Below are positions 25,169 through 37,871 of a stretch of 64,000 nt of DNA, piece by piece (the first letter of the stretch is position 1; every line of letters starts with the position of its first letter). The position numbers and the translations under genes are program-made. Source of the stretch: Octopus sinensis (taxonomy: Eukaryota); contig NC_043001.1 of NCBI RefSeq assembly GCF_006345805.1, positions 77,438,001 through 77,502,000 on the forward strand, in the 5' to 3' direction. The notes below the pieces were generated by a model, which had not been told where the DNA came from, searched no databases, and worked only from the letters and a program-made list of their open reading frames with translations.

Positions 25169-25355
25169 GGTGGAGGCATAGTGGTTAGAGCAGCGGCCTC
25201 GCAGTCGAGGGATCGCAGGTTCTTTCGCCACAACTTTCTCTCACTCTTGCAGCTCACCTGCGACGGACCGGCGTCCCGTCCAAGTGGGGAACCTATACAC
25301 CACGGAAACCGGGAAGCCGACCCAACGAGCTAGGCATGGCTCGAGAAGGAACAGA
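25169..25355 (+). mobile_element. SINE with a family B head and a V-domain-like body
   Basis: The head and CTTT..CCACAACTTTCTCTCACTCTT match family B. It then switches to CCTGCGACGGACCGGCGTCCCGTCCA, which resembles the V-SINE domain as I recall it (CCTGCGATGGACTGGCG.CC.GTCCAGGG). Confidence 0.6.
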
Positions 25356-25434
25356 AAGAATATATTTATATGAATGTGTGAAAGAATGTGTGCGAGAGAG
25401 CGTGTGTGTGTCTGTGAGTGTGTAAGAGAAAAAG

Positions 25435-25475
<41 letters not shown>

Positions 25476-26179
25476 GGAGCGAATACAAATGTGGATTTGT
25501 GTGCATGTATATGTTTGTGCGTATGTGAGTGTGCATTCGCGTGTGCACTGGTGTGTGTGTGTATTTATAATTGGCATCATGACCTTCACATCAAGAATCT
25601 TCTAAGCGAAACATAAAACCGAAATACACCATCCGGTGAAGCGTCCTTCTTTAGAGACAGTAGTGTGATTTGAAGGTGATTTAGTTGTTAATTCTAGCCG
25701 GTCTATCACCCACGTAAAGGAATCCTCATTCACTTGAGTAATGTCTATGTCTGTATCGTGTTGAGTTGGTCGGGGAAAGCGGTTCAATCTGACAAACCGA
25801 ATTCATATGGCGTTACTCTTCTTAGATTGAGTGGCTTTCTGCCAGCTAGTTAGAAACTTCGACGGAAACAATCAAAGCCATACAATACAATGACGGCAAA
25901 CAAAAGGGGAAACCTATACGCTGTCATTCGACATGCAAGAAATAGCAGCCAAATCTTCCTCAAGTCTCATCCTACAGTCATGGAAAATAGGAACACGTTG
26001 GATAATGGCATTATGGGATCATTGAGCCTAGGTAAAAGAGGCAGGAGGATCACGTTTGGAATGTCTTTGATCATAGGTCAACTTAATATAAGGGCCTAAC
26101 AACCTCTTCCTGCTACTCCTCTTCCTCGTCATCATCATCATCAACAGCGTCACCGTTGTTGTTATACACCACAATTTAT

Positions 26180-26304
26180 CACCAATGTCGTCGTCGTCGT
26201 TGTCATCATGATCATGATCATGATCATCATCATCATCATCATCATTATCATAATGATTGTCATCATCATCATCATCATCATCACCACCATCATCATCATC
26301 ATCG

Positions 26305-26348
<44 letters not shown>

Positions 26349-26362
26349 GTCGTCGTCGTCGA

Positions 26363-26393
<31 letters not shown>

Positions 26394-26435
26394 TCCAAAG
26401 TCATCACTATCGTCGTCGCCGTCGCTATCGTCATC
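26180..26435. repeat. (CAT)n(CGT)n trinucleotide tract
   Basis: Read directly. Confidence 0.95.
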
Positions 26436-27311
26436 GTTTCAGAGGGTTACTTTACCTCCATTATTTCTCTCATCCCATGTAAAAACAAAACAAAACAAAA
26501 CAACAAATGTGGTAACAGACGATCTTATCTCATATTTTTAGACATCATCAGACATAAATCTATTTAGAATATGAATCAGACAACCTCCACCCATCCAACC
26601 ACCTCATTCAGATGTGCTTTATACACATACATGCACTGCTAAGCAGACAGCATACGCATATACATAGATACATGTATTGATTTTCATATAACACACATAT
26701 GTATACATGTATACATACGTACATAAATTCATACATACTTATATATATATATATGTATATACATATACATTCACACATACATACATATACATATATTTAT
26801 ATACACATATAGATATATAAATAAATACACACACACATACATTCACAAATAGATACATATTTATTTGGTTCTGTAAATATGTGCGTGTGCGTGCGTATGT
26901 GTGTGTATGTGTGAGTGTGTGTATGAGTGTATGTGTATGTGCCTCTGTGCAAAATTCTGCTGAAAGAGAACTTTGCCTGTTATCCTTTTGGGGTATCGGT
27001 AACATAAAGTATCAGCCAAGTACTTGGGTCGTCTAATCCCTAGAGTTGGTGACTTTTTCGTCAAAATTTGAAATATGTTTACTCTTATATTCTTGTATAA
27101 ATTTGTTTCTATGGAATGGGTTAGAGTTCAGGAATTGATATAGCTTTCAGTGCTCATTTTAAGTGCTTGACACCCCAGGATCTTCTATGTAGGAGCAAAT
27201 TCGCACATAGATACACGTACATACACACAGATTCATACAGCTAAACCTGAGAGGCATTTGATGTACTTATTTGTTACAAACTTGTGCGTGTTAAGTGTGA
27301 GTGTAAATGAC

Positions 27312-27465
27312 GTGGCTGTGTGGTAAGAAGCTTCCTTCCCAGCCACATGGCTTCGGTTTCAATCCCATGGCACCATGTGCAAGTGTCTTCTACTATAGCC
27401 TCGGGCCAACCAAAGCCTTGTGAGTGGACTTAGTAGATTGTTAGATGGAAACTGAAAGAATCCCG

Positions 27466-27505
<40 letters not shown>

Positions 27506-27786
27506 GCATATATGTATGTATACATGTATATATACACACACACACATACACACACACACACATATATATGTGAGTGAGTCTTTGTCTTTGTTCCCCCACC
27601 ATCGCTTGGCAACGCTGATGGAGTGTTTACGCCCCCGTAAACTAGCAGTTCAGCAAAATAGTCCAATAGAATAGTACTATGCTTACACAGAATAAGTCGT
27701 GAGTTTGACTTCGACTGAAAAAAGCCTTTAAGGTGGTGTTCCAGCATGGCCGCACTCAAATGACTGAAACATATAAAAGAATAAAC
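27312..27786 (+). mobile_element. SINE family A, full-length, with expanded internal (TA)n/(CA)n
   Basis: GTGGCTGTGTGGTAAGAAGC head; GGCAAGTGTCTTCTACTATAGCCTCGGGCC-type segment; tail CCAGCATGGCCGC..AAATGACTGAAAC. Confidence 0.85.
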
Positions 27787-29231
27787 ACATTTAGGTTTTT
27801 AACCGAGATGACATCGAGAGATTGAAAGGTATTGGCCAGGTGTCGAAACCATAGTGATATCCGCATGGGCAGCAGATGATGAGAATACATATTCCATATG
27901 CTTTTTATCAGTTTTTTTATAAGTTGTGGTCCTGTTATTCTGAGTTGTCCTTCATTCCCATAAAGTTGAAAGTGTGGATTCATACTGATACTGATGTTGG
28001 GTGGTTTACTTCATAATCTCATCAGCCTTAATTACGCTTAGATTATGGTTTCCAGTTTTGGGAGTTTCTGGGGACATATATACATACATACATACATACG
28101 TATAAATGTATGACATATACATGTAAGTATGCTATTACTTCTATCCATACACAGAGTCACGCAATATGAATGTATGTTTGTGCATATGCGATTGCCAGTG
28201 TATTTGAGGTTTTAGCGACACCAATTTGTCTAGTTTGTTACTACACAATTTGTAATGGCAACGAACTATTCATTGCTAGCGAGAGAAAAAGAAAGGGAAA
28301 GAGAGAGAAAGAGTCAGAAAGAGAGGGGGAAGAGAAAGGGAATGAATATGTGTGTTGTGTGAAAGAGAGAGAGAGAGAGAGAGAAAGAAAGTGAATGAAT
28401 GTGTGCAAGAAAAGGCGAAAGAGTGAGAGAGAAACGCTAACAACCAATTGTTACCTGGATGGTGAATGCGTGTTACAAATTTGGGCATCAACATTTCTTT
28501 ATTTTTCTTGTGTGTGTGTGTGTGTGTTTGTGTACAAGGAGACAACAAGCTTAGTTCATAAGACACCGTTCAGAAGCGGAAGTCTTCAGCACTTGGTGAA
28601 GGAGGTCTATGATCGCTGATGCTTTCAGGCATCGTGCATGAATATATATGTCCCTGTGTCGCTCTGTGTATCTTTGTCCCTACGTATACAAACACTTCCT
28701 CTTTTTCTCTCTCTTCTCCCCTCCTTAATTCCTCTGTTCCTCATTTCCTCTCTCTTCTCTTCACACGTGACTGACTGCTGGCCTTTTGGGGGTCTAGTAG
28801 CGGTAGCGGTAACACCAACATTTTTTTCTCTCTGCCTCAAGTCACATTCCTAACACGCCAGCTGAGTTTAATTCGTCTAGTCGAAAGACGCCTGTTTGTG
28901 ATGTCCTGTTATTGTTATTTTATTATTATTATTGTTTCTACGTATTATTATTATTATTATTGTTTTTACGTATTATTTTTGTATTCATATTCGTGTAACA
29001 TCGTTCGTTTTTTCGTCCTTGTTTTGTATACATTCGAAGCTTTCTTCCAAGGAATCTAATGCGCTTAGCTTAGTTTTTCCTTGGGGCTGGCCAGATTGGA
29101 GCAATCTCAAGATTAATCAGCCGAAATTTCGAGGATGGTCCGGTTCTTGACTGAAGATTGAAAGCTTCGAATGTCCCGTCCGTGTTTTTTGTATCGTCTC
29201 CTGTATGTTTTGCAGTCTTGTCCCAGTTTGT

Positions 29232-29329
<98 letters not shown>

Positions 29330-30099
29330 CATTTGTGGGGTAACAGTTCGGTCTTGAGAACCATTCTCACTATTCGATACTAGCATTCCCTTCATGTGTG
29401 TTTGTGTGTGTGCGTGTGGCACAGGGGGGAACACACATATGCACGCGAACTATGTAATGTATATAAGATAGTGAAATTACATAGGGTTAGCGTTGAAGGT
29501 TTGACAATGTGATGCAAAATAATACTGAATAGTGTATAAATAATTATATAACTAAATAAATGGATGAATAAATAAATTGAATGTAATAACAAGAATAAAC
29601 AAATGATGTAAAATTAAAATAAGCGAAAATTAATGGCAGAAAAAGAGGGTCGATTAAACATAGGAAATTAAGTATGGCGGTAAATTGTCTCTTTTTGTTA
29701 GATGAATGTTCTTTACTATGAGGGGAATTCAATGCTGGTTAATAAATCGCAATAAAAGAACAGTAGAAAACGGTATACAAAACTGTAAAATAAAGAATGT
29801 AGTGTACAAACTGAAACGTAAAGAAAACAAAAAAAAACGATGATGTAGCGAATTGTTGGTGTCGATATATCAAATATATAATGGTTACAGCCTTTAAAGG
29901 CTGATATATAGTGTAGATGCATCGTCCAAAGTAGTAGCGATCTTACAAAGACATTTTAATATCGATGAGGGCAATGGGTAAACGTTTGAATATTTCCAGG
30001 GATGATTAGGGGCATGCAGAATGTTGTCCAGTTGGTAGTTAGAAGAATCATAGAAGGAACTTCCTTTGAAGAGGACATGAAAATTCAACTCTGAAATAG

Positions 30100-31440
30100 A
30101 ATCTTATAGTCTTAGGGGTTGAGTGAGGTTGTTAAATTTTTCTTCCAAGCAGAAGTGACGTTGTTAATGTTTATATGAGATGTAAAAGACTCTATAGCAT
30201 ACCATTTGATGTAGTTGGTGATGCCTTTCTCTTTTAAGCTCCAAATGTTTATATGAGCTGTAGAAGACTCTATAACAGACCAATGGTCTGTTATAGCCTC
30301 TCCTTTGGTATGCGCTCCAAACGTATTTCGAACGACCTGTTGCTTATTCCCTTTTCTCATATCCTAAATTGGGTATATCTCAATCTAAATGTGCTCTCAG
30401 TAAGGCATATGTAGTACCCTGCACCTTGACTGCCACTGCTGGCTGAGACTTCAGCACTGTAAATGATACTTTCCTGAAGGCATCTACCACCAAGACGGCA
30501 TTCATCCCTGCTGAGGCAACTGCAGTGAAGTGAGAAAGCGCATACCAAAGGAAAGGCTGGGGAACAGGCAAAGTCTTCCGTGTAGCCATATCCAGAACTG
30601 GGGATTACATGTTTTCAAAAATCTCGTGAAATTACGGTCACTTTGGAAGTGTCTGCTCATTAGGCTCAGGAATGGTTCGGCAGCACTGGGTCCAACGTTC
30701 AAACCGAAATGGGGTTGCACCATCCATCTCCCACCTCTCTGGTCCTCCTAGCGTTAGCTGCTCCGTGCCGATAGATTTCATGACATCGTTAAAGCCACGC
30801 TGCAAAACATAATAGCACAGACAAAAGATCCCTTACAGGACGAAACCTCAGACACATCTCCACCAATATTCCTCGAATGTTAGGTAGGTGATTAGAGCCT
30901 CCACTAATGCAATGAATGTCTTCTCTAGGTTGCAGGATGCTAAAGTTAAATCCACCGTGATATCTAAGACGTCCACTACACTACTATCAGGACCAACAGT
31001 AACGCTGAGGTCGAACCTTCTAAATTCGTAAATTAAATTCTTTGCAAGACAGTCCATTTGGTGCCCAACCCTATCAAATGTTAATATAAGACCACCCTGT
31101 CTACATAATTGAATCAAAACATGGTATTAAAAAAAAAAAAAGTAAAAGACCCATAAGGTTGCGAACCTATGCTCCACTACAACAGCCCTGTCGAACAACA
31201 AAAAGCTCTGATCCAGATCACTTTACCCACAGAACACTGCCAAAGGAAAGGAGTGATACCCTGACACGCACCGTAAAGTCGATGCCAAGAGCTTCCACCG
31301 CAGCATATCAGCGGGCAAAACCTAAACCTCCTCACTCCATCAACAGTCCTCTACTCAGTGATAGAAGGGCGAAAATCAGTTATATCAAATTGAGTGAAGT
31401 TACAGCTCCGATTGATGTTTATGCATTGAAGGGCGTAACG
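30100..31440 (-). pseudogene. Decayed Penelope-like element: RT plus GIY-YIG endonuclease
   Basis: Minus-strand pieces FTQFDITDFRPSITE, LCRQGGL (decayed YRDDGL), VVDVLDITVDL, GSNHLPNI, PHFGLNVGPSAAEPFLSLMSRHF, CSCLSRDECRLGGRCLQESIIYSAEV, YICLTESTFRLRY and HINIWSLKEKGITNYIKW occur in the canonical PLE order. Confidence 0.85.
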
Positions 31441-31525
31441 GGCAAACCGTTTGAAAACTATTCATTACCCACGTGATATAGTAATTGATTCTATAAGTTA
31501 TTACAGAATAATCCAGAGAAATACG

Positions 31526-31738
31526 ATTATAGATTTCAAATTTTGGCACAAGGCCAGCGATTTAGCAAGTCGATTAGATCGATTCCAGTGCTCAAATGGT
31601 AGTTATTTCATTGACCCCGAAAGGATGAAAGGCAATGAGAACTGTGGCGAAATTTGAACACGGGACATAAAGACGGACGAAATACTGCTGATCATTTTGT
31701 TCGGCGTGCTAACGATTCTGCTAGCTCACGGCCTTAGA
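31526..31738 (-). mobile_element. SINE family C, full-length
   Basis: Head GGCCGTGAGCTAGCAGAATCGTTAGCACGCCG, central GCCTTTCATCCTTTCGGGGTC, tail GGCCTTGTGCCAAAATTTGAAA (all on the minus strand). Confidence 0.85.
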
Positions 31739-31899
31739 AGAATACCATTATGACCGGGATACAAAAGTAAGCATCTTTGATTTGAAACTAGTCTTTTAAG
31801 TGCCAATGAAAGAAATTTCGTCCATTGATCTACTCTTAATTTATGCTAATTATCTATAAAAAAGACATATATTCTCATTTGCTGTGTTCGATTTTCCCG

Positions 31900-32073
31900 T
31901 TTGCAAAACATATACTCACCAAACCTGTACACAGTACGCGCACGCGCGCACACACACATAGACATACACGCACGCGTGCACACGCACAAACGCACGCGCG
32001 CGCACACACACATGTATACATATGTATGTGTGTGTGTGTAGGGTTGTAGGAATATATAGGTGGACACGCACAC

Positions 32074-32151
<78 letters not shown>

Positions 32152-32817
32152 AGCACTCAGACATATATGCATGTATGAATTCTCATGCATGGATGCATTT
32201 GAATGTGCAACAGAGAGAATATTTGTTGATTTTGCTGTTGTGCTGCTTTCATATATAACAATAGAGATATTTCGTGTCATGTTTCTCCCTATCTGTTTGT
32301 TGAGTGGCGACAAGACTGGACGTGACTAGAGAACAAACACGTACACAAAGACATACAAATAAACACACACACACACACAAACACTTACACACGTTCACTC
32401 ATACACACACACAAACAGAAACAAACACACACATATAGATACACTATAATACTCAGGTATATGTATAGACAAATATATACGAACTTATATATACGTATAT
32501 ACACACACAGACACACACACAAATATATACACATACATAGATGCATACATATATATATGTGCGTATGTATGTATGTATATATGTATGTATGAATATATGA
32601 TTCTATATGCATGTTCGTGCACAGAACAAAAGACCCCGAAATACACATGAAGTATATCTACATTTGTGTGTGGATGTATCTATTGTTGGTATATACGTAT
32701 ATAGATATACATACATACGTACTTACATTCATTCATACATACATACATACATATATATATTTGTATATATACATGAATACGTATGAATAATTATGCATAC
32801 TATAACTCAACTGTGTC

Positions 32818-32877
<60 letters not shown>

Positions 32878-32967
32878 TGTATATACACACACATATATAT
32901 ATATGTAGATATTAGATATATTATGTGTGCATCTATACATATATATATATATATACATACATATACA

Positions 32968-33013
<46 letters not shown>

Positions 33014-33030
33014 CATGCATGCATATAAAT
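31900..33030. repeat. Microsatellite field (CA)n/(TA)n/(TG)n/(CATA)n
   Basis: Read directly. Confidence 0.9.
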
Positions 33031-33139
33031 ACGAAGAAAATTGCTGTGTAATGATTAACTGTATCAATAATCAATGATACGGGCAATTAGAAGTCGATGA
33101 TAGAAGGACATCAGCTACTGCAGATGGTCATGTGATATA

Positions 33140-34403
33140 CAGGGTGCGTAAAGTATTTGAAGACATAGGTTTTTTTGGTCACTGCTGCATTTTTTGCAAA
33201 CTCTGTATAATCTTTCTTTCAGAAAATAATAATGCCCGACCCGAAACTTACTCAAGAAATGAAGAGGCATGCTCTTATTTTGGTTAAAAATGCTGAGTAT
33301 GGCGAATTAGAAATATCTCGATTTTTAACAGTTGCCAGATATTTCGTCTACAAAGTTTGTAAGGAGCTAGAGACTGAAGATGAAATATATCACCAGTATC
33401 AAAACATAAAAAGCATTCTAAACGCTCTGAAATCATCAGAATACATGGTTTTATCCAACAACTTCAGCAGGCCATTGATTACAATCCCAGAAAGTTCATG
33501 AGGTCAATTGCAAAAGATCTCCATGTGTCAGAAGGAGCTGTCAGAAATGTTGTCCACGAAGACATCAATTATAAGTGTTATATGAGGAGGAAAGATCAGT
33601 TTGTGAGAAAGCGCAAAAGAAAATCATTACATCAGATCTAAAAGGCTGTTAAACAAGCTGAAAAATCCAGCAGAAGAAGATTTGATTTGGTTTTTCTCGT
33701 GTTTTTCTCTAACGAGAAAGACTTCGACCAAGATCAAAAAGTTAATAGAAGAAATGATAAATGGTTATGTGCAGACCCTTCTGAAGTTCCAACTGTTATG
33801 CTTACAAAATTTCCTGCAGCTGTCATGGTTTTAGGGGCTGTCAGCAATAAAGGTAATGTGATGCCTTCTTACATCTTGCCACAAAGACTTAGGGTGACTC
33901 TTCCGGCTACATTGAGGTCTTGAAAATAATTGTTAAGCCCTGGATAGACAGAGTATGTAGTGGAAGACCATATGTGTTTCAGTAAGTCTCTGCACTTAAC
34001 TCTAGTAACACATAAATGGATGGCTGAAAAGTATCCTGATCACATAGCTCCTAACATTTGGCCTCCTATTTCTTCAGATCTCAATCCATTGGACTATTAC
34101 ATGTGAAGCGTTGTTGGAGAGAGGTCAATGAACACGCCCATAACATCGAAGATTCTTTGAATGTTGCCATAGTCACAGTAATGTCCCAAAATGAACCAGA
34201 ACCACTTGATTCGAGCATGTAGATGATTTAGATTTCATATAGAAGCAATTTCTGAAGTTGAATGTGGCTTTATTTATTGAATAACATTATAGGAAAGGTT
34301 TATTTGTATCCTCATAGCATATTTTGATAAATAAAGTTATTATCTGTTATATATCTACTTTTTTATAAACATAAATCTGTCCTCAAATATCTTACGCACT
34401 CTG
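33140..34403 (+). mobile_element. DD37D/maT-type Tc1/mariner element, decayed
   Basis: TA-flanked TIRs CAGGGTGCGTAAAGTATTTGA / TCAAATATCTTACGCACTCTG. Transposase pieces from ATG 33232: EKDFDQDQKVNRRND, TKFPAAVMVLGAVS, IWPPISSDLNPLDYY. Multiple frameshifts. Confidence 0.9.
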
Positions 34404-34484
34404 TAACTAAGCGGCCTTGTCTCTGTCTCTATCATTCTGTATGCATTGTGTGAATGTACATACGTACAAATAAATAACACAGAC

Positions 34485-34609
<125 letters not shown>

Positions 34610-34739
34610 TTCATCAAAATTTAGATTCAAATGAATATGGTACTTAAGTAAGATGCACCAGAATTCTGTATGGTGTTATCCATAAAAATCCATGGGGTGA
34701 TTATAATCAAAATAAACAACAAGAATAACTCCGGTAATT

Positions 34740-34823
34740 TGGTACGATCGTTTCGCACTACATCATTTTATTAAATATTGTAAGTATTACAACAGTTTTA
34801 AAATGCTGAGCACTCATCAGCCA
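34740..34823 (-). ncRNA. Type I hammerhead ribozyme with extended stem II
   Basis: Minus strand: UGG CUGAUGA GUGCU CAG CAUUUUA AAACUG UUGUAA UAC UUACAA UAUUUAA UAAAAUG AUGU AGUGC GAAA CGAUCGU A CCA. All core positions are intact. Stem II has three paired segments, stem III is the palindrome ACGAUCGU, and the cleavage triplet is GUA. Confidence 0.7.
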
Positions 34824-35250
34824 TTGATAGAGGTTTTCCATTAATACATAATTTTCATATCAAGTGGTAACATTATAGAGAAGGTAGATATATAGACAAA
34901 GATGTGGATTTAAATTTCAAGAACATTTGAGGTAGTGGAGCCCACCAACTGACTGACTAAACTTTAGTTGCTCCAAACTACTGTAAGGTTCTGAGAAGAA
35001 AGAAGAAATGAAAGGAGACAACAAAGGTTTTCTATTTATAGAAATAGGGTGAAAGAGATGTCAGAGTTCCATATAAAGGAATTTATGTAGAGAACAGAAT
35101 TGTCACACTACAATGCCAATTACTACAATTTGGTGAACAGATTTGGTATTAGGAGAACAAGGTCAATGTCAAGTGGTCACAATAACACTCACAGAGAATG
35201 CAGAGACCTTATAAAACAATGCACATCAACACACCAATCAGCTTATGGGT

Positions 35251-35296
<46 letters not shown>

Positions 35297-35649
35297 ATAC
35301 TGTACGTATGTATACATACATATATACATACACACATACACTCACATACACACACATACATACGCAAACATACATATATTCATCATTCTTCTGCGAGTGT
35401 GGCTGCGGTTGTGTGAGATTTGGTGCATGCGCGTATGCGCGCAAATGGGTTTGTACAAACTTGGTTAGGAAGCTCGCTTTGCATCCGCGTGGTTTCAGGT
35501 TCAGTCGTTCTCTGCGGCACATTGGCTACCTGTTCTCACCCGCAGTCGTAGTATATTTCCGTTGGATCTACTTCAAGAACTTCGCCGTGGGTTTAATTAA
35601 TAATATTAATTAAGTAACGAGAAGATGAATTTAGTATTATACTTTATTC

Positions 35650-35755
35650 TGTACAACGTTCGTTTCGGCTCTTCCTACTATCATTCTTTATGTGTGGGAC
35701 TCTGTTCAACATTTTGTGTTGGATCCATTTTGCAGTCTGGGTCTCATCAGGTACA
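35650..35755 (-). ncRNA. Type I hammerhead motif with long, partly decayed stem II
   Basis: Stem I UGUAC/GUACA (perfect), CUGAUGA, G10.1-C11.1, GAAAC-GAAC-GUU. The base of stem II (GACCC/GAGCC) has two mismatches; there is an internal CAACA/UGUUG hairpin. Confidence 0.6.
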
Positions 35756-36456
35756 TTGATAGATAAAGTTGTGTCTCACTAAGGATCTTGAGTGTTCTAC
35801 CTTATTGTTATATGCCCGTCTAGTTAGGGAATAAATAAAAGAAGAAACAAGATTGCAGGAACACAAAAATTCAAAATTTATATATGAATATGAAAATCTC
35901 GCGTTGCTGTTTAGATAAAATGACCCAATCAGCATTCGCTGTCATAACTGTTTAAAGTAGAAGAAGAAAAGAAAGACGAAAGAAAATATAATAAAACCAG
36001 GATGACCGAATACTTAGTCAAACAGACAGAGAGAGACACAAGAACACACATGTATATATATATATATATATATATAACATGCACACACACACAGACACAT
36101 ATACACACAGAGACACACATACACACAGAAACAGACACACACACACAAACACACACACATATATATCCTACATTCGTCCATACATACACTCTCACACAAG
36201 CATACGTCCACTCGCAAAATTGTCTATATGGACACACACACACACACATATATATATTTAGACACATACACACAGATATACATATACGTACACACGCTCA
36301 CACCTACATACACCTTCCTAAACACACGGGCACTCAAACACACACACACAGGCATATGCACGCGCCTAGATATACATAAGCGTTACCCACGCATAAACAT
36401 ACATTCGCGTAAGCAGACACGCACACATAGGCACACTCATATATGCATATATTTGT

Positions 36457-36494
<38 letters not shown>

Positions 36495-36544
36495 ATGTGT
36501 TTACACAGATTCACATATACTCAAGCCGGCTTTCCTGTTTAGAT

Positions 36545-37420
36545 TTATGCATCTCCACTTCGCCATCCGTTCCTCAAGCCTGTTTGTATTTGTTGATACA
36601 TTTAACTTCTAAGGTTACATGTCTAAATACATGTAGCGTTCTCGTGCGGTCCTTTCTTGGTATAGGTTCCATGGTTGCAGTTCGTGAGGTTTTAACTCGG
36701 TAGTGGGGCTGGGGCATTAATCCGAGTTGACGGTGTTGTGGCTTGTATCGCTTTGGTGTGGTTTACGGTGTAGTGTGTGAACGTATGTTTAGCTGTATGC
36801 ATGCATCTGGGTAGTCGTTCTGTAAATCTCTTTATGATCTGCTCCTGTGTAAATAATATTGACTGTGGCTCCTCAGATTATAGCTGGCATTTCCGGGATA
36901 GGACTTGTGTGTCTAATTATTGACCAGGTCAAGTATTTTGCCTCCACTACCTTGAGTCGCCAGACGAAATCAGCCCGTGATGTTGCATGCCGTTTAAGGA
37001 TTTTTCGAAAGCTGGCGATGCGGTTGCGATACAGATTTTTCAAAATGTAGGCCGATGCACCGATATATACGCAGGGGTCTCCTCCAGTATTTACGGCGCA
37101 CTTGTACGCCACATTTAGTGTCTTGCATTGGTTGTCCAGGGGACATTTCGATAGGTCCTTGTATGACCATAGTTGGTCGGTGTTTTTTTGTTTTCGTGCA
37201 TGCAGCCAGGACCAGTCCAATCGATTCTATTTACATTCGTGCTCGTGGTTAGCCTATTACCATTTTTATTGTGTCTGTGTATGTTTGTGTTGTTTGAGTT
37301 GTTGCGGCTGTAATGTGGTTAGTGTAGTTGTAGCGGTTGTTTTTTCTTGCTTGGCGGGTATTATTGTTCGAGTCATTGTTTCTGTGACACGTTATGTGGT
37401 TGGTATTTGTCTAATCCATA
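36545..37420 (-). pseudogene. 5'-truncated Penelope-like element (GIY-YIG endonuclease and 3' region)
   Basis: ORF 36873-37220 reads KCPLDNQCKTLNVAYKCAV..VYIGASAYILKNLYRNRIASFR..FVWRLK..TWSII. A downstream RCMHTAKH (C-x-H) motif follows, and a Thr/Asn-rich linker lies upstream. Confidence 0.85.
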
Positions 37421-37871
37421 CATAAGGTTCAATATATATATATATAATTATAAACAAGGGCAAAAGAAAAAAAAAATTTATGCCAATATGCTGAGAATAG
37501 ACTTTAAATCGTCAAGCAATCACATTACAATATACATTCACTATGAATACACGTCATGCTGAAATCGAGGAAGGCAAGCTAACAGAACTTTTTTAAAAAT
37601 CCGTTATCTCTATATGGAATCAATTTCGGGATTAATCCCACGGATTTTCCCCACTCCAGTAGAGAATACGATAAAAAATAAATGAAATACTTACAAGCAC
37701 CCATGGAAAAAGCAGAAGCAAGAGTCATGGATACACATAAGTATCCTAACTGTTTATAATTATTTATAATTTTACCTTTAAAGGTATTTTAATATGCTGG
37801 CCACTTTGATGAAATTTATTTTTGGAAAAACAATTTTAACCTATATTGGAAGTATATGTATATATATATAT

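Noticed and set aside
26156-26567. Poly-His/Ser/Ile ORFs
   Set aside because: (CAT)n(CGT)n microsatellite.
28000-28030. Minus-strand CTGATGA-GATT..AAAC; similar isolated CTGANGA hits at 15586, 16581, 39553, 53724, 57384 and 60919
   Set aside because: No GAAA with matching stems; expected by chance or part of other repeats.
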